IMG/VR virus record: IMGVR_UViG_3300045988_055837
Source of the DNA: a virus
DNA: 64,000 nucleotides
Direction: 5' to 3' (one strand)
Shown: positions 14,215 through 24,337 of the stretch, one piece after another
Numbering within the stretch: position 1 is the stretch's first letter
Layout: each line of letters starts with the position of its first letter
The notes under the pieces: model-generated
Told to the model about the DNA's origin: nothing
Database searches by the model: none
The model's input: the letters and a program-made list of their open reading frames with translations, nothing else
Translations under genes and position numbers: made by a program

Positions 14215-14997
14215 ATGGCTTTATTTAAGATTTATAAAGGTGAGGAAGAGCTTCTCACTCAAATTCCCATGCATGAGGGATATGCCTATTTCTGCGAAGA
14301 TACAGGCAATCTATTTATTGACATTTCTAATAGTGCTGGTGGACGCGTTCAAGTTAACGCATATGCAGCTTCTATTTTGAAGAAAGATACCAAAGAAATC
14401 GACATTGATGATATCTTTCTTACTAATATGACTGCTACTGTTGCACAAGGTGGTACTGGACAGAAAACCTTGACAGTTAATGCTTTACTACTCGGTAATG
14501 GTACTGATGCAGTTAAGATGGTATCTATCGAGAAAGGTGCTATTGTAACTGGAGATTCTACTGATGGCGTCTCTGGTTTGTTAGGTACTGGAGCATTATT
14601 TGCAGATGTTTCTGGCGTTCCAAAGTTCGGTACTCTACCTATTAAAGCTGGTGGTACCGGTGCTACAACTGCGGCGGCCGCGAGAGCTAACCTAGATGTA
14701 TATAGTAAGAGCGAGACAGATAATAAGATGGATGAAGTAACTACCGTCTCTTATACTGCTACTCTTGCTCAAGCTAACTGGGTACATTCTGGAGATACTT
14801 ATACCTATTCTTATAGCAATACTAATTTGAAGTGTGGCAAGAATGGTAATGTACCTCCAATCATTTCTTGGATTAGTAATCATGATGATTATAATAAGAT
14901 TGATGACGCACAGGCAACTGTTGGCTCTGGAATTACCTTCACTGCTAGTAAGGCTATTGAGGGAGATATTGAAATCGTCATTATCGACGTGAAATAA
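14215..14997 (+). CDS. Tail-fibre-like protein of 260 aa. Gly/Thr/Ala-rich and TAG-free.
   Basis: Intact ORF with ribosome-binding site aaagggagga. Fibre-like composition. Confidence 0.45.
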   Translation: MALFKIYKGEEELLTQIPMHEGYAYFCEDTGNLFIDISNSAGGRVQVNAYAASILKKDTKEIDIDDIFLTNMTATVAQGGTGQKTLTVNALLLGNGTDAVKMVSIEKGAIVTGDSTDGVSGLLGTGALFADVSGVPKFGTLPIKAGGTGATTAAAARANLDVYSKSETDNKMDEVTTVSYTATLAQANWVHSGDTYTYSYSNTNLKCGKNGNVPPIISWISNHDDYNKIDDAQATVGSGITFTASKAIEGDIEIVIIDVK

Positions 14998-15007
14998 ACA
15001 AAAAAAA

Positions 15008-15056
15008 TAGGGGAGAACCTTTTAATTAAGGTTCTCCCCTATTTTTCGTTTTAATG
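15008..15056. terminator. Bidirectional rho-independent terminator: aggggagaacc-ttttaattaa-ggttctcccct flanked by A- and T-runs
   Basis: Perfect 11-bp stem seen in sequence between convergent genes at 14997 and 15051. Confidence 0.6.
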
Positions 15057-15500
15057 GCAAACTTTGTCTTTAAGATGGTAGTGCGGAATTTCCTCGTCAA
15101 ACCATTTCCAACGGAGATAGTCGTCGAGGAAGATAGCTATAAGAGCTAATCCGAACCACGCGAGTGAGAAAGGAAGACAAACTTGCCCCAATATATTGAA
15201 AGGTAAGTTTGAATAGTCCCAAATTCCTAGCTTTAGGACTAGATTCAAAATTACGCCGAATACAAATTCAAGTGAGGTAACTATTGCGGCTCCAATAGCC
15301 CCTTGTTTAATGATAGACATTTCCCAAGGTATAACCTCGTTTATCTCTCCAATAAGAACGAAACAAAGTCCGCCTAGGAGAAACATTGACCAATGTATCA
15401 TACCTCCACTAATGAAGGTCTTAAACAAGAACTCTATAATAAAATAGAGAGAACCTCCAACAGTGAATAAGGTAAGAAACTTATTCAGTTTAGTCCGCAT
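15051..15500 (-). CDS. Integral membrane protein with about 4 transmembrane helices
   Basis: Hydrophobic ORF. The real ATG at 15500 overlaps the stop of the upstream gene. Confidence 0.45.
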   Translation of the reverse strand: MRTKLNKFLTLFTVGGSLYFIIEFLFKTFISGGMIHWSMFLLGGLCFVLIGEINEVIPWEMSIIKQGAIGAAIVTSLEFVFGVILNLVLKLGIWDYSNLPFNILGQVCLPFSLAWFGLALIAIFLDDYLRWKWFDEEIPHYHLKDKVCH

Positions 15501-16146
15501 AATCAAGCTCTACCTGTTCTAGCTCCTCTAAAGAAGCTGCTCCATAAATAGAGATTTTATACTACTGCATTTGACGATACATTGGATATACAGCCGCAGA
15601 GATGGACATAGACAATGCAACAAGATTTTCTAATGTCCAAGGCTAGCACTCTTCGTGTCGAGCGTGCCATTCCAGAGTTGGAGATTCAATACCTGCCTGA
15701 ACGGCGATCTGATATTGACTTAAGTTAAGACTAATCTCAGATTGATCCTCCATTGTAACTCCATATTCTTTTCCATCTGTCCATGTTAATGGATGAGAAG
15801 CAAGATACTCTGCGAAAAGTAGCTTGTTCTTCTTTTGCTTAAGCTCTTTAGCTTCATCTAAACTATAACGATAAACAAAACTCTGAGTTTCATTGTCGAA
15901 TTTATATAGATTAGGTGTAACATTGGATGGAATTTCTTCAACTTCGATAACGCGAACTGCGTTAGGAGAGTTGATTGTATCAGCTTGAATTAAGACATAA
16001 TGAGTGTCGCAATCAGAGCCAATAACCCCAGTGCCTTCTTCTTCTGAACAGGCAACGACAATACCATTAGAAGATTGCAGTTTAATGTAACGAAGATTGT
16101 CGAGAATATCAACTACAATATTCCCGCGATTTAATAATACATACAT
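15490..16146 (-). CDS. Hypothetical protein of about 218 aa, translationally coupled to the DGR RT (TAATG overlap). Reads through TAG at 15643-15645.
   Basis: Track ORF 15643..16146 continues in frame past TAG to TAA at 15490-15492. Its ATG at 16146-16144 overlaps the RT stop TAA at 16148-16146. Confidence 0.45.
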
Positions 16147-17378
16147 TACTTTATTTCAACTCCTTTGAATAGTGAACGAAAATAATTATCCATATCTTGG
16201 ATAATATAGAAGCTAGATCCTTTAGCGATATGTGCTCTCCAACCTTGATAAGATTTCTGAATTTCTTCAGTAGGAATTTTACCTTGTTGCCATAGAGCAG
16301 CCATTTTACGCAATTTTCTGCGCTAATGAACAATCTTTTTCTTAAAAGGTATCTAGATTACATGATTTGTAGTAGTTAGATAGAAATTCCATTTAAGATA
16401 CTTAAATGGAGTGCCATGAACCTTATCTTTAGGTGCGATAGGAGCAATGCGCGAGATAGTGGTTTTCTTCTAATTAAGAGTAAGACCTATATCTTTTAAT
16501 TTCTTCTCTATCTTAGCTTTACATTCTGCTAAGTATTTACTATCGTTACATAGAAGATAAGAATCATCCATATAGCGTCCATAATACTTAATATGTAATT
16601 CTTCTTTAATGAAATGGTCAACTTCGTTCAAAGCTAGCAATGCAAATAACTGTGATGTCTAACTGCCTAGTCCAAGACTTTTAGCTTCACACTCATAATA
16701 TTGGTGATGCGGCCGGAAAGACTGGATATCCGCAGGTATATATTTTCTACCTTTAGCAATATAATACTATTTACCCGGAATTGGTTGCTTATCTTTTGTT
16801 AGCTTAAAAGAAAATGTATCAATTAGGTATGAGCATAATTCATAGACTTGAGGATCTTTAATAACACGCTTAGCGATTTCTTTAAGAGCCTCATGGTCGA
16901 TAGAATCAAAGTATTTACGAATATCAATTCGTAAAGCAAAGAAATCGTTTCCTAATCCGTACTCTCTATGAGCCATCTGTAAATGTTTCTTTGCTCTTGC
17001 TAAAGCAAAATCTATACCTCTATTTTTAAGCGTTGCACAGTTATCATAAATAAACTTAGGAGTTAATTCTGGTAGTAAGCTCTATTCACATAGGGCATTT
17101 TGTACCAGTCTGTCGTTGATATGACACGCTCTTATATCTCGTGGCTTACCTCGTTCAATGATTGAGAAACAACTAAACACAAGCTGCTTGTATTCACAAG
17201 CTCGCAAATCGGCTTCTGTTTGTAAGATTGTTTCAATTCTATTCTCTTCAAAATTGATTGTACTATCTTTCCATCGAACAATTCGACAAACTCGATAAGA
17301 GGAATCATATAATGCGTCAAAACTACAAAAACGCTCGAAAGATGTCTACTACTAACTCAACTTCTTTCTCCTTATCAT
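16146..17378 (-). CDS. DGR reverse transcriptase of about 410 aa with about 10 in-frame TAG
   Basis: Minus strand translated by hand. N-terminal FERFCSFDALY. IERGKPRDIRACHINDRLVQNAL. FALRIDIRKYFDSIDH. GLGSQTSQLFALLALNEVDHF (the DGR-RT-specific SQ/LNE motif). YYGRYMDDSYLL (YMDD). WQQGKIPTEEIQKSYQGWRAHIAKGSSFY. Ribosome-binding site ataaggagaaag precedes ATG 17378 (alternative TTG at 17363). The 60-aa track ORF 16151..16333 is an off-frame artefact inside this gene. Confidence 0.85.
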
Positions 17379-17621
17379 ACAGTAATAGCGGTCACTTCGC
17401 GAGTTCCGCATCTGTAATCGTATTCATTTATCCGTCGCAAGGACGAAATAGTCAAGTTCTCCTTAGATGAAAAGGCATCTACCTATAATATACTATTTAA
17501 TAATATGTTCTATTCCTTCTCCTTCTTAGTCCACAGAAGTGAACCAATGCATCCAGAATAAACCATAATTAGATGGACAATAATATATTCTGGGGTACTA
17601 TTCTAGGTGTTGCTCGTCTGC

Positions 17622-17634
17622 GCTGCTTCGCAGC
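17622..17634 (-). other. GC hairpin gctgc-gaa-gcagc (minus-strand sequence) immediately 3' of the TR, in the TR-RT spacer
   Basis: Seen in sequence. DGR spacer RNAs are structured and involved in cDNA priming. Confidence 0.3.
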
Positions 17635-17664
17635 TTGACTTGCAACGTGATAGCTCCATCTAAT

Positions 17665-17764
17665 CCGGCGCGAGGCCATTGCTGTTGTTGTAGTTGTTGT
17701 TGTTCGCGTTCCCGTTGTTGTTGACATTGCACACGTTGTTCGAGTTGTTGTAGTTGCGCGAGCG
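17665..17764 (-). repeat. DGR template repeat (TR) of 100 bp, AAC/Asn-codon rich on the minus strand
   Basis: 86/100 identity to 18393-18492. All 14 mismatches are T on the + strand, which is A on the coding minus strand of this copy. They lie at + positions 17679, 17680, 17686, 17688, 17694, 17700, 17709, 17718, 17721, 17722, 17727, 17728, 17737 and 17755. Confidence 0.9.
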
Positions 17765-17796
17765 AAAAATACAGAACTTGACATCTTGTAAAATCA

Positions 17797-18291
17797 TTAC
17801 CGACCTCTTCTATAACTCTTTGACTTCTAGTAGGAATGCTCGTAGATTAAATAATCTCGATTAACTCTATCCTATAAAGTTTCCTTCATAGCTTTTGTTA
17901 AACGAGCAAGATGCTCAAAAGAGCGTCGTTTCTTCTGATTGGTCTATGCGTATTCGAAGATACAGAGATCGATTTGACGAAAGATACTATCACAATAAGC
18001 GATAGCCTAATTCCAATATTTCTTTCGTGCAATTAGAGTTTCCTAACTATTCAAGTAGATTTCACTAGCTTGATAGCAGGCGGCATGTATGCCTTTTCCG
18101 CATTTAATAATATCTAACCCGAAGGCTTGGAAAGGTTGTCCCTCTCCAAGCAATCCGGGCTTTTTAACTTGTTTTCCAGATTCGTCAAACTCTCTAGGAC
18201 GAGTTAAGACTAAAATGTAATTTACCAGTTCGCGTGATTTCTGGAGACATTCACGCTTGGATTTATGTCGATCTTTTGTTTTTACAGACAA
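17797..18291 (-). CDS. Avd-like accessory ORF between the target gene and the TR. Small and basic. Reads through 5 TAG.
   Basis: Track ORF 18043..18291 continues past TAG at 18043-18045 to TAA at 17797-17799. Position and size fit DGR accessory variability determinants. No sequence motif recognised. Confidence 0.4.
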
Positions 18292-18372
18292 AATTAACGC
18301 CTTCCTTTCTCATTATTTATATGAGAAAACTGGCTAACATTTTAATCTATGCTGCCCCACCTTTGAAAGTTT

Positions 18373-20148
18373 TTAATTACCAATGACGAAAGCCGGCGCG
18401 AGGCCAAAGCTGTCGCTGTAGATGTTGCTGTTCGCGCTCCCGTTGCTGCGGACACGGCACACGTAGTTCGAGTTGTTGTAGTAGCGCGAGCGCTCCCATG
18501 GATAACCGTAGCTACTTGTGGATGTATCTCCTAAATACATGATGCGTGTAGCATTACTGGTATAATAACTATACGCAAAATTCTTACCCTAAGTACACTC
18601 TGCTTTTGATGTAGTAGAATTGGCAGTAGAAAGAGGAGAATAAGTATCAAGACCAAATTCTCTTTCAGAAAGCAAGAATACTGTTTCGTCATTATAAGTT
18701 ACATTTTGATTTCTGTCATCATAATTGGGGCAAGTACCTTTTTTAATTGTCTTAATGGCTGCTTTACCGGGGAAGGCATTATAGTAATTTTGACACAGGC
18801 TTCTAGCTGTAGAACCAATCCAAACTGCATTACTACCAAAAGTAGTATATTGACTTAAACAGTTTTTAGTCTGGAATGTAACTGTATTATTAGCATCTTG
18901 ATCTACGCCAATAACTCTAATTAAGTGAGTAGTAGTACCTAAAACTGCGCTTGAAAGAGTTACAGATTTAGTTGTGCCAAGAATAGAGCCACCATTACTA
19001 GTTCTAATAGATGAACCAGAATTAGAAGCTAAATAATTCTTTAATCCATTAAACCACGCTGCATCAACAGTTCCACCATCTGCACCCCAAGACCAATATT
19101 CTGCACTAACGGTAATAGTCTTATTGGCAGGAGCAGTATGGTTAGTACCTGCGGCGACACTAATAGTAATAGTTTTTGCGGAAACCGCGGTAGAACCATT
19201 ACCTTTAATAGTAAGAGTATTACCATTAAGAGATAGAGTCAAACCAGAAATACTGGTAGGACTATAACTAATAGCACCATCGCCCGCGCGAGTAATAGTA
19301 ACAGCTACGCCGGAACTATAGTTATTGCCATTGATAGCTACTGTTGTTGGGTTTACGCTCAAACTACCTGTTGCTTTGTTGATTGTCCAGTTGACATTGA
19401 TTGCGGATGTTGTTCCGTCTGCCCAGCGATAATTGCTTCCTGGTGTAAAGGTAGCAATATAAGTGCCAGCATTAGTTGCAGATGTTGTGCCACCGATAGT
19501 CATGTAACTAGTATTGTAGTTATTCCAGTAGCTGGTGCTACTAACTGATTGCGCGCTTCCAGTATATGTAAGATTACTCTTCCACGTAGGTTTAGCTACA
19601 GACTTACGATTGACTGTGACATTAAAAGTCGTAGTTTGAGTAACTCCATTTTCTGTGTAGCTAACTGTAACTACTTGATTTCCAACAGTTGAAAAAGTTG
19701 TTGGAGAACAAGAGTAACCAGTTACAGTTTTAGTTTGAGAATCGGAATAACTAGCTGTCACTACCATACCCGCGGTAGCAAGAGTATCTCCATACTCATA
19801 AGTCAACTTATTGGGTTTAGTAGTTACAGTAATTGCGGAGAGCCTATGCGTGACCGTGACCGCTAGAGTCGTAGTACAAGTTTCTCCACCCTCAGAGTAA
19901 GTGATGGTTACGGAAGTAGTACCATCAGTTAAGACGCTAGGGGATACAGAATATCCACTAACTTCTGCGGTTGCTAGAACCGCTTGCCCAGTACCATAAG
20001 ATGCAGTAACGACCATACCGGCGCTATTGAAGCTGTCGCCCGCAAGATAGCTGGTCTTAGTAGGTTTAGTGGTGACTTCGATCTTCATAAGAACGATGCC
20101 GCTTCCTCCACCTTTTCCGCCTTGCTCAGCTAAAATACACTTAGGCAA
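18373..20148 (-). CDS. DGR target protein: two Big_2 Ig-like domains plus a C-terminal C-type-lectin-fold variable domain. About 591 aa from TTG at 20148.
   Basis: Track ORF 18589..20292 continues through TAG 18589-18591 into the VR and stops at TAA 18373-18375. Repeated TTKPxKxxYxxGDxLxxxGMVVTASY Big_2 units. Ribosome-binding site gaaggagg lies 8 nt before TTG 20148. The longer upstream extension to 20292 looks non-coding. Confidence 0.8.
18393..18492 (-). repeat. DGR variable repeat (VR) at the 3' end of the target gene
   Basis: Paired with the TR. At TR-adenine positions this copy carries C, G or A. Encodes ...YGYPWERSRYYNNSNYVCRVRSNGSANSNIYSDSFGLAPAFVIGN, a C-type-lectin-fold VR signature. 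Confidence 0.9.
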
Positions 20149-20402
20149 GATTATAACCTCCTTCGTATCTAGCTCTTTTAAAAATGCCAAAAGATTTTCC
20201 GAGAAAAAGTACACTTTTTTATGGGAAAAATACTCCCAGAAACTAGATAATAAAAAATTGGGAAAAAGGTATAGAAACCCTTTTCCCTTCAAGTAGGTAT
20301 CTTACCTTTTCAGATATACATAAAAAACAAGCTAAGAAAATTATTTATGATTGACCAAAGCCCAGTTAAGTGTACTTTTTAGAAGATGAAAGGAGAATTA
20401 AA

Positions 20403-21797
20403 GTGAGCTTAAAATGTATTTTACAAGGTCAATAGACTAGCTCATTTCTAGCTTTTACTATTCCTAAAGGCCGAATGCGCGGCGATATAGATGGCGATGG
20501 TAAAATTACGGAGAATGATAGAAATCGAATAAGCGAACACTTAGGTGGTACTATAACACTAACGGGTGCTGATTCATGGTGTGCAAAGGTTACTGGTAAT
20601 AATGAAATTTCCGTATCAGACCTCGTACAGCTGATGCAATACCTTGAGGGAAAAACCAATAATCTTACTGGTATTCCTACGTTTGCTGATTACTACAATA
20701 ACTGGACTTATCACAAGGTAGACGACCTTACTGGTTACTGGACGACAGAAGTTGTAATCAATGGATTAAAAACAATAAATGATGCAATAGTAAATATTGG
20801 CAATGATGAAGGTATCTTTTATAAGAGCGAATTAAGTGATGGTGCTATTCGTTTCTATGCTACTCGTCCTCCAATCGCAGAAGTTCCTGCTACCATTACT
20901 TTTAAATCTGGTACTGGCGTAATAACAACTTCCTATGAGTCTGCTAAATTCCATGCTTCTACGCATAGTAAAGATGGAGCAGATCCTATTACACCAGAAT
21001 CCATTGGAGCGCTTTCTCTTTCTGGCGGAACAATGACCGGGTCTTTAGTCTTAAGTGATGATCCCGCAGAAGATTTAGAAGCGGCGACTAAACAATATGT
21101 AGATAATCATACTTCTGATACAGTACTTTACACGCCGCAGACCCTAGCCGATGAGCAGAAAACTCAGGCGAGAGGCAACATCGGAGCGGCACCGGATGGA
21201 TTTGGGTTGGGAGACATAGGCAAACGACTTACCCCGGAAGATAATCTTGATTAGGTAAAAACGAACGGGTGGTATCGTTGGGAGAGAAGTACACCGCCTC
21301 AAGGGACATTACCCTCCACAATCGGTCAATCTATGGATGCCACTTTAATTAGAGTTTGGGGCAATGGTGCCGTATGCTATCAAGAATCCATAAATATAAC
21401 TGACGATTCTAGGCATGGATGCCTTTGCGTAAGAACAATTTATGATTCAACCATTTTCCCTTGGGAATGGGTCAACCCACCCATGGAGTCAGGCGTAGAG
21501 TACCGCACCACGGAGCGGTTCTAGGGAAAATCGGTATATTATAAAATCGTTGATTGTGGACAGATTGTGGACAATAAACAGGTGGAGCATGGAGTTGCGA
21601 ATATGCGAGATTGCATATTTTGCCAAGGACTGCGTGGCGCTATGCCAATGCCTAGCATTTCCAATAATGATTTGTCAGACCCATGGAGCTATTATGTTGC
21701 TGACGTTAATCGTACAAAAATCACACTTGCGTGCGGCACAACGGCGGCAGGAGGTAATTGTCATGTAATACTCAAATACACCAAAACTACAGATTAA
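20403..21797 (+). CDS. Tail fibre of about 464 aa with an N-terminal dockerin-like double calcium-binding module and the conserved SGGTMTG...ATKQYVD fibre motif. 3 in-frame TAG.
   Basis: Ribosome-binding site gaaaggaga then GTG at 20403. DIDGDGKITENDRNRI and ISVSDLVQLMQYL dockerin-like loops. LSLSGGTMTGSLVLSDDPAEDLEAATKQYVDNH. Frame joins track ORFs 20475, 21333 and 21567. Stops at TAA 21795-21797. Confidence 0.6.
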
Positions 21798-21808
21798 GGA
21801 GGGGCACC

Positions 21809-22408
21809 ATGAAACTCATCAAATATCAACTTTGCACGGAGATTAACCACGGTACAGAGGATGAGCCGCAGATTGAGCAGGTTTTCTCCGCTGTCACACT
21901 TGGTTGGAGCGAAGTCAATGAGGAAATCGCCAAAGCGGAAGCCTACAACGGCAAGTATACCATTGAAGAAGAGCCAGATAATCGTCCATTCGAAGAAATT
22001 CAAACAGAGAAACTATCTAATCTCTCAGAAATTTGCAATCAAACTATCGTCGCTGGCATGGACGTAGAAACAACAGAAGGTATGGAACATTTTAGTCTTG
22101 AAGAAACAGATCAAATTAACTTAACGACAGCTTTATCTGCAATTGAACAAGGAGCTAAGGGATATCCCTACCATGCAGATAAGAAGTTATGCCGTATGTT
22201 TACCGCTGTAGAACTTAAGGCTATTGCAGAAAAGGCTACCGCACATAAACTATACCACACGACTCTTTGTAATCACCTCTTAATTCTAGCAAGACGTGCA
22301 ACTACAACCGCAGAATTAGATAAAATTACTTATTCTGCGGATTGCCTTCCTCCTGATCTCGCAGAGAACATGAAGAAGATTCTAGTTGCGGCTGGGATTA
22401 CTGAATAA
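21809..22408 (+). CDS. Hypothetical protein of 199 aa, possible fibre assembly or chaperone. TAG-free.
   Basis: Ribosome-binding site aggagg then ATG at 21809. Position after the fibre gene. Confidence 0.4.
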   Translation: MKLIKYQLCTEINHGTEDEPQIEQVFSAVTLGWSEVNEEIAKAEAYNGKYTIEEEPDNRPFEEIQTEKLSNLSEICNQTIVAGMDVETTEGMEHFSLEETDQINLTTALSAIEQGAKGYPYHADKKLCRMFTAVELKAIAEKATAHKLYHTTLCNHLLILARRATTTAELDKITYSADCLPPDLAENMKKILVAAGITE

Positions 22409-22420
22409 TTTTACCAAAAA

Positions 22421-22453
22421 ATTTGGCAAAGTTGTTAAATCAACTTTGCCAAA
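22421..22453. other. Perfect palindrome TTGGCAAAGTTG-TTAAAT-CAACTTTGCCAA. Terminator and/or recombinase or regulator site.
   Basis: 12-bp arms seen in sequence between the fibre-assembly gene and the serine recombinase. TTGGCAAA recurs twice at 23563-23590. Confidence 0.4.
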
Positions 22454-22480
22454 TTTTCATTATATAATGAGGTGATAAAG

Positions 22481-23086
<606 letters not shown>

Positions 23087-23135
23087 TCAATCTTCCTTTT
23101 GTTTGATATATTATATACAATAAGGAGGAATTATT

Positions 23136-23519
23136 ATGCCAGAAATTGTGATTCAGATTATCCAGGTATGTGTTATTCCTTTGCTCGGTATTTTGACTAA
23201 ATATCTCGTTGACTACTTGACTGCTAAGCGCAATGAGATTAACTCTAAGACCGATAATGAGACTGCTCAGAAGTACACTAATATGATTTATCAGACTGTT
23301 GTTGATTGCGTTATTGCAACCAATCAAACTTATGTAGATAGCTTGAAGAAATCTGGAAGCTTCGATGAAGCAGCTCAGAAGGAAGCATTTAACCGCACAA
23401 TGAACGCTATTATGACTATTCTAAGTGACGATGCTAAGGAATATATTACCGAGGCTACAGGTGACTTGAATACTTATCTCACTCAGTTAATTGAGGCTGA
23501 GGTTAATAAGCGCAAATAA
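23136..23519 (+). CDS. Putative holin of 127 aa: one N-terminal transmembrane helix plus a hydrophilic C-terminus (LL-H-like architecture)
   Basis: N-terminal transmembrane helix VIQIIQVCVIPLLGILTKYLV. Ribosome-binding site aaggagg. Terminator follows. Confidence 0.3.
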   Translation: MPEIVIQIIQVCVIPLLGILTKYLVDYLTAKRNEINSKTDNETAQKYTNMIYQTVVDCVIATNQTYVDSLKKSGSFDEAAQKEAFNRTMNAIMTILSDDAKEYITEATGDLNTYLTQLIEAEVNKRK

Positions 23520-23526
23520 CAAGAAA

Positions 23527-23560
23527 AAGGGAGCCTATTAGGCTCCCTATATTTTTTTTC
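23527..23560 (+). terminator. Rho-independent terminator gggagcc-tatta-ggctccc followed by T8
   Basis: Seen in sequence. Confidence 0.55.
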
Positions 23561-23664
23561 AAAAAAATTGGCAAAATTTTTGGCAAAAATGTAAAATCGT
23601 CCATAGACGATTTTCATATACTAATGAAAGGTCAAAGGAAATATTTTTTAGGAGGTAAAAAATT

Positions 23665-24063
23665 TTGGCAACTAATTATCCATACTATCCACAGCAACCT
23701 ATGTATCCAAGACCAGGTATTCAATATGTGGATCAGACCTAGCCGCAAATGGGTATTAAAGGCCGGCCTGTATCTTCTATTGAAGAGGCCCGCGCCATTA
23801 GCATTGATTTCGATGGCTCTGTATTTTATTTTCCTGATTTAGCAAATAGACGTATTTATACTAAGCAAATAAACATGGATGGCACAGCCAGTCTTAATGT
23901 TTATGAGCTAAAGAATGAGCCAGTCGTCAGCTCTCCTCAGTATGTTACTAGAGAAGAGTTTGAGACTACATTAGCGCAATTAAAACAAGCTATGTTAGGA
24001 AAGGAGTCAGAATCTCAGTCCGCACCGGCATAGCCGCAGTAGACTGAGAAATTTAAGTTTTAA
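23665..24063 (+). CDS. Hypothetical protein of about 132 aa with a Pro/Tyr/Gln-rich N-terminus
   Basis: Ribosome-binding site aggaggtaaaaaat then TTG (alternative ATG at 23698). Frame joins track ORF 23749..24033 through TAG. Stops at TAA 24061-24063. Confidence 0.35.
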
Positions 24064-24076
24064 GGAGACATGAATT

Positions 24077-24310
24077 ATGAACCCAATGCAACTTATCCAA
24101 ATGCTTAGGAGTGGACAGAATCCTTAGCAACTCGCTATGAATCTGCTAGAAAGCTAGATGGGTGAGACCCCAATGGGTCAAAACCTTTTAAACCTAGCCA
24201 AGAATGGTCGATCCGCAGATATTGAGCAAATTGCTCGTAACTTAGCTAAACAATAGGGAATAGATTTCGACAAAGAATTTGCCGCCTTTAAAGAGATGCT
24301 TGGCCTTTAA
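24077..24310 (+). CDS. Small hypothetical protein of about 77 aa with 4 in-frame TAG
   Basis: Ribosome-binding site aaggagac then ATG at 24077. Stops at TAA 24308-24310. Confidence 0.35.
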
Positions 24311-24337
24311 TCATCTTATTAAAGGAGGAACATTTTT

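Noticed and set aside
16151-16333. 60-aa track ORF at the 3' end of the RT region
   Set aside because: Off-frame by one relative to the RT reading frame that carries the YMDD and thumb motifs. It is an artefact of TAG fragmentation.
17569-17784. 71-aa ORF rich in Thr/Arg spanning the TR
   Set aside because: It is the TR (AAC repeats) read in another frame, with no start context. The TR is a non-coding template.
20149-20292. N-terminal extension (MKGKGFLYLFPNFLL...) of the DGR target ORF in the track
   Set aside because: Phe/Leu-rich translation of an AT-rich promoter-like region. A GAAGGAGG ribosome-binding site sits in front of TTG 20148 followed by the Big_2 domain.
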